A stretch of DNA of 64,000 nucleotides from NCBI GenBank assembly GCA_046328915.1, contig JAXLVR010000007.1, forward strand, positions 157,206 through 221,205, written 5' to 3'. The position numbers were made by a program, and so were the translations under genes. Position 1 is the first letter of the stretch; each line of letters opens with the position of its first letter. Positions 60,022-64,000 of the stretch are shown here, piece after piece. Source of the stretch: Anaerolineales bacterium (GTDB taxonomy: Bacteria > Chloroflexota > Anaerolineae > Anaerolineales > Villigracilaceae). The notes under the pieces are model-generated. The model saw nothing but the letters and a program-made list of their open reading frames with translations, did not search any database and was not told the DNA's origin.

Positions 60022-61821
60022 ATGACCGACCATATCCGTAATTTTTGTATTATTGCCCATGTAGATCACGGCAAATCCACGCTGGCAGACCGTCTACTGC
60101 AATTGACAGGGACCGTCTCCGAGCGTGATATGACCGACCAAGCCCTCGACTCAATGGACCTCGAACGCGAAAAAGGCGTTACCATCAAGGCGTCGGCTGT
60201 GCGCATGTTCTACACTGCCAAAGATGGGCAGAAATACGAACTAAACCTGATCGACACTCCCGGGCACGTAGACTTCGGGTACGAAGTCAGCCGTGCGCTC
60301 AAGGCTTGTGAAGGCGCTATTCTTGTTGTGGATGCCACCCAAGGGATCGAGGCTCAAACCTTAGCCAACCTGTACCAAGCGCTCGATGCCGACCTGACCC
60401 TCGTGCCTGTAATCAATAAAATTGATCTCCCCTCGGCTCGCCCCGATGAAGTGGCTGAAGATGTTGGCTCTTTGCTCGGCATTGACCCCGACTCTGTGCT
60501 GCGTGTTTCAGCCAAAGAAGGCATCAATGTAGACCAGATCCTCGAAGCGATCGTGGAGCGTGTCCCTGCGCCGAAAGATGCCGATAGTGAACCCCTGCGC
60601 GCACTCGTCTTTGATGCGCATTATGACTCTTATAAAGGCGTGATAGCTTATATCCGTGTGTTTGAAGGCAAAATCAAAACGAACGATGTCCTGCGGATGT
60701 TTGCAACTAGTAATGATTTACGCCCTGTAGAGATTGGAATTTTTGCCCCTGGTATGAAACCCGTGGATGTGATCGGCTCGGGTGAAGTTGGGTATGTGGC
60801 AACGGGCTTCAAGACCGTCCACGAGTGTCGCGTTGGGGATACGTTGACGCTTGCTGCCTCTCCCGCCGCCGAACCTCTGCCCGGATACTTCCTTCCCAAG
60901 CCGATGGTCTTTGCGGGTATTTACCCCGTTGAAGCGGATGATTACTCTGAGCTGCGTGAATCGTTGGAAAAACTTCAACTCAACGATGCTTCATTGACCT
61001 ATCAACCCGAAACCTCACAAGCCTTAGGCTTTGGTTTCCGTGCTGGCTTCCTTGGCTTGTTCCACATGGAAATCATCCAAGAGCGCATTGAACGTGAATA
61101 CTTACTCGACGTGCTTTTCACGGCACCCTCTGTAGAATATGAAGTATTGACCATTGGCGATGAAGTCGTCACCGTGGATTCACCTGCCGAATTGCCCGAC
61201 CCCAGCAAGATCATCGAAGTGCGAGAGCCGTGGATGAATATTGAGATCATCACGCCCACCGATTACTACGGCGCCATCATGGACTTGGTCACCAAACGTC
61301 GCGGCATCTTCAAGCAGCAAGAACATCCTGCTCCGCACCGTGTGCAGTTGGATTTTGAAATCCCGCTTTCTGAAATTATCGTGGATTTCTTCGATCACTT
61401 GAAATCGCGCACCAAGGGCTATGCCTCGCTCGATTATCAATTCCTTGAATACCGCGCCGATAAACTGCAAAAGCTTGAGATCCTTGTCAATGGCGATACA
61501 GTTGATGCATTGGCAGCCATCGTTCATGAGAAGGATGCGTACCATAAAGGTCAACGCCTTATTACCAAGCTCAAGGACCTGATTCCGCGCCAGTTATACG
61601 ATGTCGCCGTGCAAGCCGCATCGGGCGGACGTATCATTAGCCGTGCTACGGTCAAAGCCACACGTAAAGATGTGCTTGCGAAATGTTACGGTGGTGATAT
61701 CTCGCGTAAGAAGAAACTGCTTGAAAAACAAAAACGCGGTAAGAAGCGTTTGAAAATGGTGGGAAATGTCGAGATTCCGCAAGAAGCCTTTATGGCGGTC
61801 TTGAAGTTGGAAGACGAATAA
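60022..61821 (+). CDS. lepA: Elongation factor 4
   Basis: GTPase motifs AHVDHGKST and DTPGHVDF. The LepA-specific C-terminal domain is present. Confidence 0.95.
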   Translation: MTDHIRNFCIIAHVDHGKSTLADRLLQLTGTVSERDMTDQALDSMDLEREKGVTIKASAVRMFYTAKDGQKYELNLIDTPGHVDFGYEVSRALKACEGAILVVDATQGIEAQTLANLYQALDADLTLVPVINKIDLPSARPDEVAEDVGSLLGIDPDSVLRVSAKEGINVDQILEAIVERVPAPKDADSEPLRALVFDAHYDSYKGVIAYIRVFEGKIKTNDVLRMFATSNDLRPVEIGIFAPGMKPVDVIGSGEVGYVATGFKTVHECRVGDTLTLAASPAAEPLPGYFLPKPMVFAGIYPVEADDYSELRESLEKLQLNDASLTYQPETSQALGFGFRAGFLGLFHMEIIQERIEREYLLDVLFTAPSVEYEVLTIGDEVVTVDSPAELPDPSKIIEVREPWMNIEIITPTDYYGAIMDLVTKRRGIFKQQEHPAPHRVQLDFEIPLSEIIVDFFDHLKSRTKGYASLDYQFLEYRADKLQKLEILVNGDTVDALAAIVHEKDAYHKGQRLITKLKDLIPRQLYDVAVQAASGGRIISRATVKATRKDVLAKCYGGDISRKKKLLEKQKRGKKRLKMVGNVEIPQEAFMAVLKLEDE

Positions 61822-61842
61822 TCGTTACGGATTACGCATTAT

Positions 61843-62889
61843 GTGATGCGTAATCCGTGTTTTGTAAGGAACCCCATGTCTGAATCAAAAAATAATCTAA
61901 AAAGAATCCTTCCCGGCATTTTGATTAGCATTGCGCTCATTGCAGCCATTCTCTATTTCGTGGATATAAAAACCACGTTGAATGCGTTGCGGAATGCAAA
62001 TTATGGCTTGATCGGAATCGCTGCTATTTTTTCGTTCGTCTGGCTTGCGGTCCGAGCTGTTGTGTGGAGAACCTTACTGCGCAATAAGCCAACATACAAA
62101 GATGTATTCTTCACTGCCGGTGAAGGCTATTTGCTCAATAACTTTTTACCTTTTCGATTAGGTGAGATCGGGCGCGCCTTTTTGCTCAGCCGTAAATCTG
62201 GCGGACTGACCTTTGCCGAGATCATCCCTACTATCGTGATCGAACGAGCCGTGGATCTGGTCATCTCAGCTATTATCTTCCTGGGTGCGTTGCCTTATGT
62301 GGTCAACGCAGAAAGTTCACCCACGCTTGGGTACATCCTGGGCGGGGTGATGTTGCTCGGCTTGGTCTTTATGTATATCCTTGCCCGCAATAATCAATGG
62401 GCGTTGGATATCTTCCATAAGCTCAGCGGGCGTTTCCCTGCATTGCAAAAGGTGGGCGGTAGTTTTCTTGAATCGTTTTTCCAAGGTTTGGGCGTGCTCA
62501 CCGATGGCTGGCTCTTTCTACGCTTTCTTTTCTGGATGATTCTCGACTGGATCATTGCTCTCATTGCTTACTACTTAATGGTGCTTGCTTTCTTCCCAGA
62601 TGCAAAACCGATCTGGGCGGTCTTTGGGCTTGGTATGGCTGCCTTCGGTGGAGCGGTTCCTTCCGCGCCCGGAGCGGTTGGCACTTTCGAAGGGGCTGTG
62701 GTCTTCGCCCTTACCCGCTTCACCACTGATGAGTCCACTGCTTTTGCGGCAGCGCTTACGATGCGTATTTATAATTATCTCAATAGTACTATAGTGGGTA
62801 TGTTGGGACTATCCAGCGAAGGGCAAACCCTTTCGGGCGTCTACAAACAACTAATTAATTTTAGGAACAGAAAAACAGATGAAGAATAA
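61843..62889 (+). CDS. Flippase-like (UPF0104/MprF-TM-like) membrane protein
   Basis: Polytopic protein with the conserved LRxxLL...GExGR pattern of lysylphosphatidylglycerol-synthase-region-like proteins. Confidence 0.65.
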   Translation: MMRNPCFVRNPMSESKNNLKRILPGILISIALIAAILYFVDIKTTLNALRNANYGLIGIAAIFSFVWLAVRAVVWRTLLRNKPTYKDVFFTAGEGYLLNNFLPFRLGEIGRAFLLSRKSGGLTFAEIIPTIVIERAVDLVISAIIFLGALPYVVNAESSPTLGYILGGVMLLGLVFMYILARNNQWALDIFHKLSGRFPALQKVGGSFLESFFQGLGVLTDGWLFLRFLFWMILDWIIALIAYYLMVLAFFPDAKPIWAVFGLGMAAFGGAVPSAPGAVGTFEGAVVFALTRFTTDESTAFAAALTMRIYNYLNSTIVGMLGLSSEGQTLSGVYKQLINFRNRKTDEE

Positions 62890-63907
62890 ACAGTATCTCG
62901 TTACAGGTGGTGCCGGTTTTATCGGTTCGAATTATGTTCATCGTTTGTTGAAGCGCGGCGAGAAGGTGACGATCTACGATAACTTTTCTCGTGGCGGTGC
63001 TCCACGCAACCTGGAATGGCTGAAAACTGAATTTGGTGAAAAGGCTTTTGACGTAGTGGTTGGGGATGTAAGAGACTCTACCAGAATCGCTGAAGCAGCT
63101 AAAACGTCTGACGTGATCGTGCATTTGGCAGGTCAAGTTGCAGTGACGACCTCGGTCACGAATCCCAGAGATGATTTTGAAGCCAATGCCTTAGGCACAT
63201 TCAATGTGCTTGAAGCCGCACGTGCTTCGGGGCGTCAGCCAATCGTGATCTATGCTTCTACCAATAAAGTGTATGGTGGCATGGAAGAGGTAGAGTTGTT
63301 TGAAGAACCTACCCGTTGGCGCTACAAAGACCTAATCAGTGGCTGCCCTGAAACCCAGCCTTTGGATTTTCATTCACCCTATGGCTGTTCGAAAGGGACG
63401 GGCGATCAATATGTGCGCGACTATGCTCGCATGTATGACCTGCCCACAGTTGTATTTCGTCAGTCTTGTATCTATGGTCCGCGCCAATTTGGTATTGAAG
63501 ACCAAGGTTGGGTGGCGTGGTTCATCATTGCCGCTGTGATGGGACGCAATATCACCATTTATGGTGATGGCAAACAAGTGCGCGATATTTTGCATGTGCA
63601 TGATTTGATTCAAGCCTATGACCTTGCTGTTGAAAAGATCGATGTGGCTCGCGGACAAGTCTATAACCTGGGTGGTGGACCCTCAAATGTGATGTCGATC
63701 TGGTCTGAGTTTGGTCCGCGTTTGGAGAAACTGCTCGGGAAAAAGATCGAAGTAGGGCGCGGCGATTGGCGCCCCGGCGACCAACGCGTATTTTATGCAG
63801 ATGTTTCCAAAGCAAAGAACGAACTGGGCTGGGAACCCACAATCAGCGTGGAGCAAGGGGTGAACATGTTGTTCGAGTGGGTACAGGCAAATAAAAATCT
63901 TTTCTAA
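62879..63907 (+). CDS. NAD-dependent sugar epimerase/dehydratase (extended SDR)
   Basis: VTGGAGFIGSN Rossmann motif and a YxxxK catalytic motif. Overlaps the upstream gene by 11 nt. Confidence 0.85.
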   Translation: MKNKQYLVTGGAGFIGSNYVHRLLKRGEKVTIYDNFSRGGAPRNLEWLKTEFGEKAFDVVVGDVRDSTRIAEAAKTSDVIVHLAGQVAVTTSVTNPRDDFEANALGTFNVLEAARASGRQPIVIYASTNKVYGGMEEVELFEEPTRWRYKDLISGCPETQPLDFHSPYGCSKGTGDQYVRDYARMYDLPTVVFRQSCIYGPRQFGIEDQGWVAWFIIAAVMGRNITIYGDGKQVRDILHVHDLIQAYDLAVEKIDVARGQVYNLGGGPSNVMSIWSEFGPRLEKLLGKKIEVGRGDWRPGDQRVFYADVSKAKNELGWEPTISVEQGVNMLFEWVQANKNLF

Positions 63908-64000
63908 GTATAGAGCGGCTGTAAAAGTTCCCCCGAATTTTTGCAGCCGTAATTTATTAGGTAAAATACGTAGGCTGAATTTTCGCTCAAGAAAAGAAAC

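Overview
This 64-kb window looks like a bacterial chromosome segment at roughly 52-55% GC, with an ~11-kb stretch at about 40% GC (approx. 30.1-41.4 kb). I saw no transposase, integrase or CRISPR array.

Housekeeping genes are recognisable from conserved motifs: dppBC-like ABC permeases, gmk, panB/panE, surE, dnaE, secA, add, acnA and lepA. There are three tRNAs, and three HisKA_3/NarL-type two-component systems.

The most notable content is a ~10-kb cluster (3.4-14 kb) of two convergent operons packed with multiheme c-type cytochromes. It holds a decaheme lipoprotein built from two pentaheme repeats, a nonaheme membrane-anchored cytochrome c co-translated with a b-type cytochrome, and a NrfD-like/NrfC-like/octaheme module (NrfD carries a frameshift). 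A two-component system is co-oriented directly upstream, and a perfect CRP-type palindrome sits upstream of the decaheme gene. I interpret this as a candidate quinol-to-extracellular-acceptor electron conduit (Cbc-like modules plus a terminal decaheme); this is inference from architecture and motifs only.

Other items worth a second look:
- A TIR-domain polytopic membrane protein.
- The low-GC island, carrying a GT39-like glycosyltransferase, an unusual STAND NTPase-TPR-SARP regulator, an NHLP-like small protein in an operon with an HD-GYP phosphodiesterase, a two-component system and a PKD protein.
- A promoter/terminator-bounded candidate sRNA.
- Tandem recoded Flp pilin genes.
- A tRNA with an odd anticodon arm plus a nearby duplicated tRNA 3' end.
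- Three frameshifted conserved genes (NrfD-like, surE at an A-run, and a signal-peptide/zinc-ribbon gene), which points either to assembly indels or to real pseudogenes.
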